From the NCBI GenBank assembly GCA_023265625.1, contig JAHFST010000004.1, forward strand, positions 129,709 through 193,708: DNA of 64,000 nt. The letters run 5' to 3'. This document shows, piece after piece, positions 21,517-31,293 of the stretch. The notes beneath the pieces were generated by a model. The model was given only the letters and a program-made list of their open reading frames with translations, was not told the DNA's origin and did not search any database. Position 1 is the first letter of the stretch, and each line of letters begins with the position of its first letter. The position numbers were made by a program, and so were the translations under genes. This stretch comes from Deltaproteobacteria bacterium (GTDB taxonomy: Bacteria; UBA10199; JACPAL01; JAHFST01).

Positions 21517-21598
21517 ACACCCATAGGTGCATGGCGAGTAGGACGGGGCGGCGCGGGAAACGGCGCCGTCTTCCGAAGTTCCTTCGAGTTTAGAAGGA

Positions 21599-22885
21599 AT
21601 GGAATTGAGAAGGAGAAGAGACGTGATAGCCGCTGCTGAAGCACAGGATCTTATCCTGCGCGAGACAGTTGTCCTTGGTCCCAAAACCATTTCCCTGCGA
21701 GACTCTCTCGGCGGGTATCTTTTTCATCCCGTTATCTCACCTTCGGCCCTGCCACCGTTTGACAACTCGGCGATGGATGGGTTTGCCCTGCGCAGCTCTG
21801 ATACCAAAGGGGCGTCGGGGCATCAGCCCGTTCCTCTCAAAGTGGTGGGGACAACGGCGGCAGGTGACTTGCCCTTGTCCATTCAATCAGATGAAGCCGT
21901 CCGGATTATGACCGGGGCCCCCATTCCGTCAGGCGCCGATACAGTGGTCCCCTTTGAGGAAACGCTGGAGACGCCGGGATGCTGCTTGATTCAGAAGACA
22001 CCGGACATGGGTCAACACATCCGTCGCGCGGGCGAAGATGTGGCGAAGGGATCCGAACTGTTAAAAAGTGGCGATAAAATCACCTCCCGAACCGTGGCCC
22101 TGTTGGCAGCCGTCGGGATCGATAGGGTTGAGGTGTATCAAAAACCCCGTGTATGTGTCCTCTCCACGGGCAGCGAACTGGTTGATGTAGGGGCGGGGTC
22201 TCCCCGCCCAGGCACGGACACCGCCCCCCTACAACCGGGACAAATTTATAATAGCAACGGCCCCGCCCTCGAAATGGCCTTGCAAGAGTTGGGTATTGCG
22301 GCCCAGGTGCTGAAGACGGCCAATGACACGGAAGGGTCGTTGGAAAAATCCCTCCGAGACCATTTGGATGTCGATGTATGGATCACCGTGGGCGGTGTTT
22401 CTGCGGGTGATTTTGATTTGGTTCCCAAGGTGCTGCAAAAACTGGGTACGAAGATTCTCTTTCATAAAGTGGCCATCAAACCTGGGAAACCCCTACTTTT
22501 TGCAACCTATGCAAAGGGCGAACACGGGGGTTCACCCCTACACATCTTTGCACTCCCCGGGAACCCTGTCTCAGCCCTCGTGGTCTTCGATCAGTTTGTC
22601 CGCCCTGCCTTGCTAAAAATGATGGGAAGCAACCTTCCCTATCGTTCCCGTAAAACCGCCGTGGCCATAGAGGACTTGAAGGGAAGTGAAGGTAAAGAGG
22701 ATTATCTTCGCGGCATCGCAACCTACCGGGATGGACGCTATGAAGTACGATCGGCCGGCTCCCAAGGATCCGCCCGGCTGCTCCCGCTCGCGCTGGCCAA
22801 TGTGACGATCATTATCCCGTCATCGGTAAAAAAAGTGACGGCGGGCGAAAAAGTTGAGATCGAATTTTTTCAGGAGAAGTTATGA
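21599..22885 (+). CDS. moeA: Molybdopterin molybdotransferase MoeA
   Basis: 428 aa. Signatures include PFDNSAMDGFALRS and GGVSAGDFD, typical of MoeA. Confidence 0.88.
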   Translation: MELRRRRDVIAAAEAQDLILRETVVLGPKTISLRDSLGGYLFHPVISPSALPPFDNSAMDGFALRSSDTKGASGHQPVPLKVVGTTAAGDLPLSIQSDEAVRIMTGAPIPSGADTVVPFEETLETPGCCLIQKTPDMGQHIRRAGEDVAKGSELLKSGDKITSRTVALLAAVGIDRVEVYQKPRVCVLSTGSELVDVGAGSPRPGTDTAPLQPGQIYNSNGPALEMALQELGIAAQVLKTANDTEGSLEKSLRDHLDVDVWITVGGVSAGDFDLVPKVLQKLGTKILFHKVAIKPGKPLLFATYAKGEHGGSPLHIFALPGNPVSALVVFDQFVRPALLKMMGSNLPYRSRKTAVAIEDLKGSEGKEDYLRGIATYRDGRYEVRSAGSQGSARLLPLALANVTIIIPSSVKKVTAGEKVEIEFFQEKL

Positions 22886-23127
22886 GGGTAAAGCTCCTTT
22901 TTTTTGCGACTATCCGAGATTATTTTCGAACGGGAGAAAGGGAAGTGACGATCAATCTCCCTAAAACCGTTCGGGAGATTTTTATGAGTCTTTTTGAAGA
23001 TAAAACAACGGCCCAGCAATTTCTCTCCTCGGTCCGCTTTGCGATTAATTGCGCCTATGTGTCGCATGAGACACCCGTGAAAGATGGAGATGAGCTAGCC
23101 GTCATTCCACCGGTGAGCGGGGGGTAG
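22882..23127 (+). CDS. moaD: Molybdopterin synthase sulfur-carrier subunit MoaD
   Basis: 81 aa with a ubiquitin-like fold. It ends in GG. Confidence 0.8.
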   Translation: MRVKLLFFATIRDYFRTGEREVTINLPKTVREIFMSLFEDKTTAQQFLSSVRFAINCAYVSHETPVKDGDELAVIPPVSGG

Positions 23128-23128
23128 C

Positions 23129-23515
23129 ATGATCCTGATTGTGGAAGGTCCGATTGATGTCGCCACCGTACTCGCTTCCGTACAAACGGAACGGGCGGGA
23201 GGCGTTGTGCATTTCATCGGCACCGTCCGACAAGATGGAGACATCACGGGACTTCACTATGAATGCTATCCCGAGATGGCCCAACAGAGGATGGCCGATC
23301 TTGCCGAGGCCGCTACGCGGCGCTTGGGACTGGAAAAAGTTTCGGCAGTCCATCGCGTAGGCTGGGTTCCACTGGGAGAAGTGGCGGTTGTCATTGCGGT
23401 TTCTTCGGCGCATCGAGCGGAGGCCTTTGAAGGATGTCGGTGGATGATCGATCAAATTAAACAAGAGGCGCCCATCTGGAAAAAAGATGGGACGGGGTGT
23501 TGCGCATGTTCCTGA
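23129..23515 (+). CDS. moaE: Molybdopterin synthase catalytic subunit MoaE
   Basis: 128 aa in the MoaE family (HRVGWVPLGEVAVVIAVSSAHR). Confidence 0.85.
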   Translation: MILIVEGPIDVATVLASVQTERAGGVVHFIGTVRQDGDITGLHYECYPEMAQQRMADLAEAATRRLGLEKVSAVHRVGWVPLGEVAVVIAVSSAHRAEAFEGCRWMIDQIKQEAPIWKKDGTGCCACS

Positions 23516-24090
23516 AAAAGAGGGCAGACATATTAGGGGTTGTTTTGGCCGGAGGAAGATCGTCACGCTTTGGCAGCAACAAGGCCCTGGCGCTGTTTCA
23601 GGGGGTTTCTTTTGTGGAACGGACACTGAAGGTCATGGATGCCTTGTTTGACGAAGTCGTCGTGGTGACCAATACCCCGGAAACTTACCAATCCTGTCAT
23701 CACCGCATTTTTCAGGACATGATGCCTTATGCCGGCCCGATGGGCGGCCTGGTAACGGCCTTTGAAAAAACTTCTTATGATCGCCTGCTGGTGGTGGCCT
23801 GTGACATGCCCCTGCTCGATACGCAGGGCATTCAAGGCATCATCGCTCAGGATGATGGCGACGCCGTCATTCCGGTTCATGACGGCATCGCTGAATACCT
23901 GATGGCGCTTTATCATCGAGATCTGTTACCAGACTTAAAAACTTCCCTGTCCCAAGAACAAAGATCACTCCGAAAATTTTTCTCGGGAAGACCGGGGGTT
24001 TCTTGGCTGCCCATGGCCGGAAAGACGTGGCTCAATGTCAATACCCGTGAAGCCTTGCAAGATTTGGAGAACGTCCATGCCACTGATTGA
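23497..24090 (+). CDS. mobA: Molybdenum cofactor guanylyltransferase MobA
   Basis: 197 aa with an LAGGRSSRFG nucleotide-binding motif. Confidence 0.85.
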   Translation: MLRMFLKKRADILGVVLAGGRSSRFGSNKALALFQGVSFVERTLKVMDALFDEVVVVTNTPETYQSCHHRIFQDMMPYAGPMGGLVTAFEKTSYDRLLVVACDMPLLDTQGIQGIIAQDDGDAVIPVHDGIAEYLMALYHRDLLPDLKTSLSQEQRSLRKFFSGRPGVSWLPMAGKTWLNVNTREALQDLENVHATD

Positions 24091-25066
24091 TTCGTTTCAA
24101 AGAAAAATTGAATACCTACGTTTTTCAGTGATCGACCAGTGCAATATCCGCTGCCAGTACTGCATGCCGCCCGAGCAGAAGCTGTGGGAAAAACAACCCA
24201 ATCTTTTGACCTTTGATGAGATCTGCCGCATGGTGACCATTCTCGCCTCGCTTGGCGTCAGGCGCGTGCGCATCACCGGCGGGGAACCGTTGGTCCGAAA
24301 GGGGGTCCCCGACCTGATACGGCGGTTGAACGACGTGTCCGATCTTGACGAGGTCCTACTCACCACCAACGGGATTCCCCTACCCACCCTGGCCCGCCCG
24401 CTGCGGGATGCCGGCCTGGAAAAAATTAATATCCACCTCGACACCCTTTCGGCTGAAAAATTTTGCAAAATCACCTATGGCGGAGATATTCGAAAGGTTC
24501 TGACCGGGATTGAAGAATCGCAGCGGGTGGGCTTGCAACCGATCAAGCTCAACGCCGTCCTTCAGAAGGGAATTAACGATGATGAGGTGGAAGACCTGCT
24601 GCGCTTCACCGCCAACCACGGCCTGATTCTGCGCCTGATTGAGATGATGCCGATCGGTCCCGGGCGTGAACTCATGCCTTCCCTGTATATGCCTGTGCGT
24701 CTCATTCGGGAGAAACTTGCGGAAAAATACACCTTGTCACCTACCAATCCCCACCTGGGAGGAGGCCCAGCCGTGTATTACCGCGTGAAAGAACTCAACA
24801 CCGTCATCGGTTTCATCAGCCCTGTTTCCGAACCATTTTGCGGCACTTGCAACCGCATTCGCATCTCCAGTGACGGACGGTTTCAGGATTGCCTGGCCTT
24901 CGACGGGACTTTTTCTTTTCGTGACCTGCTGCGCAATCCGCTGATGACCGATGAGAGAATTGCCGCAAAAGTCCATTGGCTACTCAGCGGCAAGGCTGAG
25001 AGTCACGACGATTTTCAACAAGCAGCAGATATTCGCACCCCATGCATGACTGGAATCGGAGGCTAA
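24077..25066 (+). CDS. moaA: GTP 3',8-cyclase MoaA (radical SAM)
   Basis: About 329 aa from the internal Met (MPLIDSF). It has a CNIRCQYC radical-SAM cluster and a C-terminal second cluster CGTCNRIR. Confidence 0.9.
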   Translation: MPLIDSFQRKIEYLRFSVIDQCNIRCQYCMPPEQKLWEKQPNLLTFDEICRMVTILASLGVRRVRITGGEPLVRKGVPDLIRRLNDVSDLDEVLLTTNGIPLPTLARPLRDAGLEKINIHLDTLSAEKFCKITYGGDIRKVLTGIEESQRVGLQPIKLNAVLQKGINDDEVEDLLRFTANHGLILRLIEMMPIGPGRELMPSLYMPVRLIREKLAEKYTLSPTNPHLGGGPAVYYRVKELNTVIGFISPVSEPFCGTCNRIRISSDGRFQDCLAFDGTFSFRDLLRNPLMTDERIAAKVHWLLSGKAESHDDFQQAADIRTPCMTGIGG

Positions 25067-25972
25067 ATGATCGATATTTCAGAAAAGAAAGAAACACTGC
25101 GAACGGCGCGCGCCGAATCGCGAATCCTGGCCAAAAAAGCCACGATTGACCGTGCGATCACGGGAGATACGCCCAAGGGAGACGTGCTGAATGTCGCCAA
25201 GGCCGTGGCCTGCCTGGCGGCCAAGAAAACCTCCGAGCTTATCCCTTACTGTCATCCGCTGCTCATCGATGCCGTCACATTCACCAGTGAACACAAAGAC
25301 TCGGAATTGATACTACGGGTGGAGGTCAAGACCATTGCCAAAACCGGGGTCGAGATGGAGGCCCTGACGGCGGTTTCTTTGGCCGCCTTGACCGTCTACG
25401 ACATGCTCAAGGGTATCGATAAGGATGTCGTGATCGGTGAAACACGACTCATCGAAAAACAGGGTGGCAAGAGCGATTACGTCGAGACATTTCTGGTGCC
25501 GCTCAAGGCCGCCGTCCTGGTGACGTCTGACAGCGTTTCCGCGGGAAAGAAGCCGGATAAATCGGGAAAAACCATTGTCGAAGAGATGAAGAAATTTCCT
25601 GTCGAGGTGAGGCACTACGAGATTGTTTCCGACGACCAAGAAAAGATTCGCGCCAAAATTCTCGGCTGGCGGGAAGCGGGGATCGACCTCATTCTCACCA
25701 CCGGCGGTACGGGGCTGGGCCCGCGCGATGTGACGGTCGAGGCGGTGAAGGGATTGATCGAGCGAGACATCCCCGGTGTTTCCGAAACGATGCGCGCCTA
25801 CGGCCAGAAGAGGACGCCTTATGCGATGCTGTCGCGGGGGGCGGCCGGATTTATCGGAAAGACCCTCGTCATTACGCTGCCTGGCTCCGCTCGCGGCGCG
25901 AAGGAATGCCTGACGGCCCTGTTCCCAAGCATCCTTCATGTCTTCAACATGGTTGCCGGAGGGGGGCATTGA
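25067..25972 (+). CDS. moaC: Fused cyclic pyranopterin monophosphate synthase MoaC / MogA(MoaB)-type molybdopterin adenylyltransferase
   Basis: 301 aa. The N-terminal half carries MoaC signatures (LIPYCHPLL, TGVEMEALTAVSLAALTVYDM). The C-terminal half is MogA-like (LILTTGGTGLGPRDVT). Confidence 0.85.
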   Translation: MIDISEKKETLRTARAESRILAKKATIDRAITGDTPKGDVLNVAKAVACLAAKKTSELIPYCHPLLIDAVTFTSEHKDSELILRVEVKTIAKTGVEMEALTAVSLAALTVYDMLKGIDKDVVIGETRLIEKQGGKSDYVETFLVPLKAAVLVTSDSVSAGKKPDKSGKTIVEEMKKFPVEVRHYEIVSDDQEKIRAKILGWREAGIDLILTTGGTGLGPRDVTVEAVKGLIERDIPGVSETMRAYGQKRTPYAMLSRGAAGFIGKTLVITLPGSARGAKECLTALFPSILHVFNMVAGGGH

Positions 25973-26730
25973 TGGAACATCTCCCGCTCTTGGCGGCGTT
26001 GTTCTTTGTCGCGGCCCTGGTCTATTCGATGGCGGGGTTGGGGGGCGGCTCCACTTATCTCGCCCTCTTGGCACTTTTTTCCTTTCCTTATTCCTTCATT
26101 CCCAAGGTAGCCCTCTTCTGCAACCTGGCCGTGGTCCTCTCAGGTTTCTGGTTTTTTACCAGGGCCGGGTATTTTTCTCTCAAGCGGGCCTTGCCCTTTG
26201 TCGTGTCCTCAATCCCAATGGCCTATTGGGGAGGTTCCATCTCGATCGACAAAACACTCTTCACCCTCCTCCTGGGACTCTCACTGGCGATTGCCTCACT
26301 CCGGATGTTTTTTGCGGATAAAAGTTTCCAGTCTCGCCCCCCTCTTTTCTGGAAAAATGCCTGGATCGTGGGTTTACCAATGGGGGCTGCGTTGGGTTTT
26401 CTCTCAGGCGTCGTGGGGATCGGTGGGGGAATTTATTTGACGCCGCTCCTCCTGCTGATGGGATGGGCGGATGCGAAGCAAGCCGCCGCGTCGGCAAGTT
26501 TCTTCATCCTGGTAAATTCCATGGCCGGATTGATCGGGCAGTTTTCCAAAAGCGGCTTGCCCTCGGGGAACGAAATATCAGCGCTATGGATTCTCCTGGG
26601 TGCCGCATTTCTGGGAGGGCAAATTGGCAGCCGTCTCGGATCACAAAAGATATCCCCGCTGATTCTCCAACGAATCTCCGCCTCCCTGATTCTTTACGCC
26701 TCGGGAAGATTATTGATTGGATTATGGTAA
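25972..26730 (+). CDS. TSUP (TauE/SafE, DUF81) family membrane transporter
   Basis: 252 aa with about 8 TM helices and a duplicated GxGGG motif (MAGLGGGSTYL; VVGIGGGIYL). Its ATG overlaps the moaC-mogA stop. Confidence 0.7.
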   Translation: MEHLPLLAALFFVAALVYSMAGLGGGSTYLALLALFSFPYSFIPKVALFCNLAVVLSGFWFFTRAGYFSLKRALPFVVSSIPMAYWGGSISIDKTLFTLLLGLSLAIASLRMFFADKSFQSRPPLFWKNAWIVGLPMGAALGFLSGVVGIGGGIYLTPLLLLMGWADAKQAAASASFFILVNSMAGLIGQFSKSGLPSGNEISALWILLGAAFLGGQIGSRLGSQKISPLILQRISASLILYASGRLLIGLW

Positions 26731-26761
26731 AAAACCTTATAAATAGCGTTTCATCTATTTC

Positions 26762-28309
26762 ATGGACAGGACATGTACAAAATTAGGAGTGCAGCAGCAA
26801 GGCACCGGCGTGTTGGGGGCCTTGTTGGCCATTGTCCTCGTTACCATTTACCAATCGTCCATGCGGCATATCGCCGCGAATGGCGGCCCGCCGGTCCTGG
26901 TCATCCTTCCTTGGTTGCCGGAACTCTTTCGTTTCGATCACGTCAATCGCGATTTTTTTGACATATTTTCCATTGTCTCGCTGGTCTTTCTGTTCATGAT
27001 CTCGTGGGAATTTTTGTCCCATCGACTGGAAAAGGGACTTGTCTTGGTATTGGTTTTATTGGGATTGCCCGTTTTGTATTTACTCGCCCAAGGTTCTGCT
27101 TGGTTCTTTGATGGGAATCAACTCACCACCCCCATGCTGAGCTGGGAGTGGACACGCATGGAGATCGGCTTTCTCATCATGGGACTCAGCTTATTACTCC
27201 CATGGATACTGAGGCTATTTCGCGGCTGGAAACAAGGGGCAAGGCCCGTCATGGCCCCTTGGAGATGGGCCTTCACAACCTCCCTACAACGCTGGCTATC
27301 GGGACTATGTTTCTTTACCGTCATTCTTCTGATCATCTTCACACACCCGTTTTATACCAAACCATTTTACGAAAACTGGCGCATCTCCTGCGCCTATCTT
27401 TTTTCCTTTTTTCTCTTCTTGGGATTTCCCTACGCCCTGATCACCAACATCTTCCGCGCCCACCGGGGGGAGGACCAGCGGGATCCATGCTGGGTGCTTT
27501 ACCAGATTTTTCGAGCTACCGGACGCGCGATCATCCGCCAAAATACCGCCGAGGTGATGGCGTTATTACGAGATCCTATCCATCAAAACGTCCTGAGAGA
27601 TCTTTTGGTCAAATTATTTTTTGTCCCGCTGATGATCAGCTTTTTGTTCGGCGAATGCGGTCTCTACTTTCGCAACTCTTCCTTTTTTCTCGAGGGGATC
27701 AACGCCGGCATCCGTTGGCAGGAAAGTTTTAACCGATTTTACGAGGCCGCCTTTCACTCCATCTTTGTGATGGATGTCTCTCTTTCCTTGATTGGCTATG
27801 TGACAACCTCACGCTGGCTGCGTAACAAATCCAAGAGTGTTGAACCCACTGTCTCAGGATGGATGGTGGCCCTGATGTGTTACCCGCCGTTCAACGGCAT
27901 CACCGGCGACTACTTTCCCTATGATCGCATGGGGGGGACACCTTATGCCCTGTTGCAAGACCCCACGCTCAGTATGGTCCTTAAAGCTATCACACTGCTG
28001 CTCTTTGCCATCTACGTCTGGGCCACCATGAGTTTTGGGTTGCGTTTCAGCAATTTGACGAATCGCGGGCTGATTGCCCGCGGTCCCTATGCCGTCATCC
28101 GGCACCCCGCCTATTTCTCTAAAAATCTGGCCTGGTGGACGGAGAGCCTGCACCTCTTCTACTCCCCTTGGCAGTTTGTCTTCCTGTTTTGTTGGAATAT
28201 TGTCTATACACTGCGCGCCTTGACCGAGGAACGTCACCTCAAGCAAGATCCGGACTACCGTTCCTATTGCGATCAGGTCCGCTATCGATTTATCCCCGGG
28301 GTATGGTGA
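26762..28309 (+). CDS. Polytopic membrane protein with a C-terminal isoprenylcysteine carboxyl / phospholipid methyltransferase (ICMT/PEMT) domain
   Basis: Up to 515 aa (start uncertain). The C-terminus (RGPYAVIRHPAYFSKNLAWW...EERHL...YRSYCDQVRYRFIPG) matches the ICMT family signature. It is preceded by about 8 TM helices of unknown family. Confidence 0.6.
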   Translation: MDRTCTKLGVQQQGTGVLGALLAIVLVTIYQSSMRHIAANGGPPVLVILPWLPELFRFDHVNRDFFDIFSIVSLVFLFMISWEFLSHRLEKGLVLVLVLLGLPVLYLLAQGSAWFFDGNQLTTPMLSWEWTRMEIGFLIMGLSLLLPWILRLFRGWKQGARPVMAPWRWAFTTSLQRWLSGLCFFTVILLIIFTHPFYTKPFYENWRISCAYLFSFFLFLGFPYALITNIFRAHRGEDQRDPCWVLYQIFRATGRAIIRQNTAEVMALLRDPIHQNVLRDLLVKLFFVPLMISFLFGECGLYFRNSSFFLEGINAGIRWQESFNRFYEAAFHSIFVMDVSLSLIGYVTTSRWLRNKSKSVEPTVSGWMVALMCYPPFNGITGDYFPYDRMGGTPYALLQDPTLSMVLKAITLLLFAIYVWATMSFGLRFSNLTNRGLIARGPYAVIRHPAYFSKNLAWWTESLHLFYSPWQFVFLFCWNIVYTLRALTEERHLKQDPDYRSYCDQVRYRFIPGVW

Positions 28310-28470
28310 TAAAAAATGGCCTACCAAAAGCAGCAACCACCTGTTGCCACGATGAACCTCCCAATCCAACAACATACCTAGTCTAGACCGGCTGAATCGG
28401 CAGAAACATTCGGGGATGGGCCTTTGAAAAAACCGATCTAAAATAAGATGGATTTGGTATTTTGGCTCTA

Positions 28471-29175
28471 TCAGACATCCATCTTACGCAGCTCGGCATC
28501 GGAAAGACCATCCATGCCCCAATCGCCCCAGCCTGCCATCAGTACGGTCGTGTAACCAAAGATGGTGGTGAGTTGATCGGAAACAGCCTTCCAAAAACCT
28601 CCAGAAGAGCCCATCGTGCTCGTCAGAACAGCGCCTACCACTGGTTCCAGGGCAGCCGCCGCGGCCGAACCGAGGGCATTCCTCAGGGTCTGTTCCACGA
28701 GTACGTTCACCCGGTTTCCTTCATGCGCGGGATTTTTGATGGCATCATAAACCACCCAGGGCTCAATGCCGATAAACAGCTTGGCAAACTGCTCCAAAAC
28801 ACCTCTAAAAGGTGCCAAGACTTCCGGGAAGGAATCAATAGCGCCAAAAACCGCAGAACCGACCGCAAAACTTGCCCCTAACCCCAGGGCCACGCCAATG
28901 ACGTGTCCTCCGCGCCCATGCCATTCCCAGTCCAAATGAACGCCAGGAGTGGGATGCCTTAAGACACTGGCAGTTACGTCAGCAGAGGCACATTGGGCAG
29001 TGATAGCCAAAAAGCTTTCAAAAATATCCAAAACCTGAGTTGATGACATATCCACCTTAGCAGCCCCGATAGCCGTCACCGTCATGGCTAGGGCAAGTGC
29101 AGTTCCCGTTCCTACTCTTTGAGCACCGGGTTCGATAAATGACTTACCTGATGTCGGCGATAAAATTGATAACAT
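28471..29175 (-). CDS. Hypothetical protein (Gly/Ala-rich, no recognised family)
   Basis: A 234-aa ORF in a 1 kb gap, divergent from the DAGK-like gene. It has no recognisable motifs and could be non-coding. Confidence 0.3.
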   Translation of the reverse strand: MLSILSPTSGKSFIEPGAQRVGTGTALALAMTVTAIGAAKVDMSSTQVLDIFESFLAITAQCASADVTASVLRHPTPGVHLDWEWHGRGGHVIGVALGLGASFAVGSAVFGAIDSFPEVLAPFRGVLEQFAKLFIGIEPWVVYDAIKNPAHEGNRVNVLVEQTLRNALGSAAAAALEPVVGAVLTSTMGSSGGFWKAVSDQLTTIFGYTTVLMAGWGDWGMDGLSDAELRKMDV

Positions 29176-29359
29176 ATTTCCCTCCTAATTTTTTGCTCTA
29201 CCAGCAGGACCCATTCCCACCGGCCATCCCATCCCTGAGACACAGACACCTTCGGCACCTGTGCTAGGAAGTTGCGTAAAAAAACACTTTTTTTCAATAG
29301 AAGCCAGGCAACCTTTTCCCCCGCCCAACGATACCCCTAGTGTTTCAACCAGGGGACCC

Positions 29360-31231
29360 ATGAGCTTAGCGCCTTTCAATGCCAGTCTAGTCGCCGCCAG
29401 TCAATTGGCCGGGAGTTCCCTGGCTCATCAGCGGTTTGATCCGGATAACCGGGTGCCGCCGGTGCGGCTGCAAGAGAGCAATGTCGTGATGTGGGTCAAT
29501 CCCGTGGGCGGCGGGGGCCGGGGGAAGAAGATTGCGGCAACGTATGAGCAAGATTTCCGCCGGGCCAAGTTACGGATCTGCCGAGTCAATCCCAAAAACC
29601 CGGAACAGATGATCCATCCATCGACCGGTCACAACGTTTCTGTGCAAGATTATCTGAAGCAAAATACCACCGGAAATGTGTTCATTTTGGAAACTCTCCC
29701 GGGCCGCACCGAACGAACGAACCGACTGGTGCAACTCCTAACCGCCATCCATACCACCATCAGCACACCACCGATCGGACTCCCCATGGGGGGAGACGGA
29801 ACCATCTCCGAATTTATGGAGGCCGCCTGGGAGAGCGTCGGGGTCGGGCCTCAAGACCTGATCCACGCCAGACCTGTGAGCACAGACCAATTGGCCCAAC
29901 TCCCCCTGATGGCCGCACCCACCCAGCGCACCGGTTCCGCGTGTGACTACTCCTCCCAAGCCCTGAGCGGCGGATCACGACCGCCCATCGTCAAGTTTCT
30001 GGAGCAGGCCCTCCCCGTCCCCATGTCTTGCAGCGCCACCTCAATTCCAGGAAAGGCTGGAGAAGATATTTTTTTAACCCCGCACAGCACCGGGTTCGGG
30101 TTTGGCGCCGAGATCTTCCGGCGGGGTGACAAGGCCAAGTTCGGTTGGCTCAAGGGGAGTTCCTGGAATTATAAACTTCGTATCCCGCTCGTCTTGAGTG
30201 GTGGATTGCTCTCTTGGCTCCGCAATCGAGTGTTACACAAGATACCCCTGCTCAACCTCATTCCACCTTTTGATCGCCCCACTGTTAATCCGGCCGCCTC
30301 TTTTATTGTCCAGGTTCAGATCGAGGGACAAGAAGCCTTTGCCGCCCAAGTTCAGGATGTCTTACTAACCGGCCTCCGCTATGTGGGTGGTGGCCTCTAT
30401 GTCCCCAGCACCCCCCTGGATGGCGTTACCTTGTTGCTGACCCGCAATGTGATCGGAGCGGTCCCGGCGGCCGTCGAATCACAGGTACGTGCTAGTATAA
30501 AACAGGCTACGGGGGACGAGGGAGACTCCATTTTTTGGGGAAATCATATTCGCCTCATCCCGAAAGATCACCAAGTCGCCCTCACGCCGGGGCAAAAAGT
30601 CGAACTGTCGTTCTGGAATCTTGATAACGAAACCCTCAGTGAACCCATCCCATTTCAATTCAATGGAGAATTTCGCGAAAAAGTGTCCGAGGCCCGCTTC
30701 ACCGTCACGACCCCCTACCCCAAATTTCTCGTGGCCCCCGGCAGCCGGTTTGACCAATTGCACAATCCCGACCTACGGGCCGCACGACCGGTGGTCCGGC
30801 AAGGGGTTCAGGCCTATGCCGTGACCGAACTCACCAAATACCTGGCCGGCCCCGAGTCACCGCTCGCCTCGCTGGCGATGGCCCTATCCGGCTTAGTCAT
30901 GAGTCGCAAGGCCCCACGGGCAGCGGTCATTGGCCTACTCCTCTCCCCACTGGCCGTGGTCAGTTCCTGGGTGACGACTCAGTTCCAGGAAATACTCGAC
31001 CTCTCAGATCAGGGCCTCGAAGGATTTGTTAAATTCACCTCGGGCTCCCTAGGCACCTATCTGGGACTCGCCATCGCCATTCGCTACCTGGCCCGCAACC
31101 ATCAGCTGCGCAAAATCATTGCGGGTGATTACCAACCAGACGATTCAGACAAAAAATCCGGGCGATTAGCCAGATTTGTTGCCGCGGGATCCTCCCTCTT
31201 ACTCGGAGCCCTCCATTTTTTGAGCTCTTAA
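29360..31231 (+). CDS. Large protein with an N-terminal DAGK_cat (diacylglycerol/lipid kinase, YegS-like) domain and a ~450-aa C-terminal extension ending in two TM helices
   Basis: About 623 aa from the internal Met (MSLAPF). It has an NPVGGGGRGKK glycine loop and a GGDGT catalytic motif. The C-terminal hydrophobic segments are LLLSPLAVVSSWV and LLLGALHFL. Confidence 0.55.
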   Translation: MSLAPFNASLVAASQLAGSSLAHQRFDPDNRVPPVRLQESNVVMWVNPVGGGGRGKKIAATYEQDFRRAKLRICRVNPKNPEQMIHPSTGHNVSVQDYLKQNTTGNVFILETLPGRTERTNRLVQLLTAIHTTISTPPIGLPMGGDGTISEFMEAAWESVGVGPQDLIHARPVSTDQLAQLPLMAAPTQRTGSACDYSSQALSGGSRPPIVKFLEQALPVPMSCSATSIPGKAGEDIFLTPHSTGFGFGAEIFRRGDKAKFGWLKGSSWNYKLRIPLVLSGGLLSWLRNRVLHKIPLLNLIPPFDRPTVNPAASFIVQVQIEGQEAFAAQVQDVLLTGLRYVGGGLYVPSTPLDGVTLLLTRNVIGAVPAAVESQVRASIKQATGDEGDSIFWGNHIRLIPKDHQVALTPGQKVELSFWNLDNETLSEPIPFQFNGEFREKVSEARFTVTTPYPKFLVAPGSRFDQLHNPDLRAARPVVRQGVQAYAVTELTKYLAGPESPLASLAMALSGLVMSRKAPRAAVIGLLLSPLAVVSSWVTTQFQEILDLSDQGLEGFVKFTSGSLGTYLGLAIAIRYLARNHQLRKIIAGDYQPDDSDKKSGRLARFVAAGSSLLLGALHFLSS

Positions 31232-31293
31232 CCGCCAAAAATTGCCACTTGAAATGCATCGCACCCTATGTTCTGTTCCCCCCGATGCACGGC

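Noticed and set aside
21517-21598. Possible Moco riboswitch or terminator hairpin (GGCGGCGC...GGCGCC) upstream of moeA
   Set aside because: The interval (82 nt) is too short for a Moco RNA motif, and the conserved elements could not be verified by eye. The hairpin is imperfect and lacks a clear T-tract.
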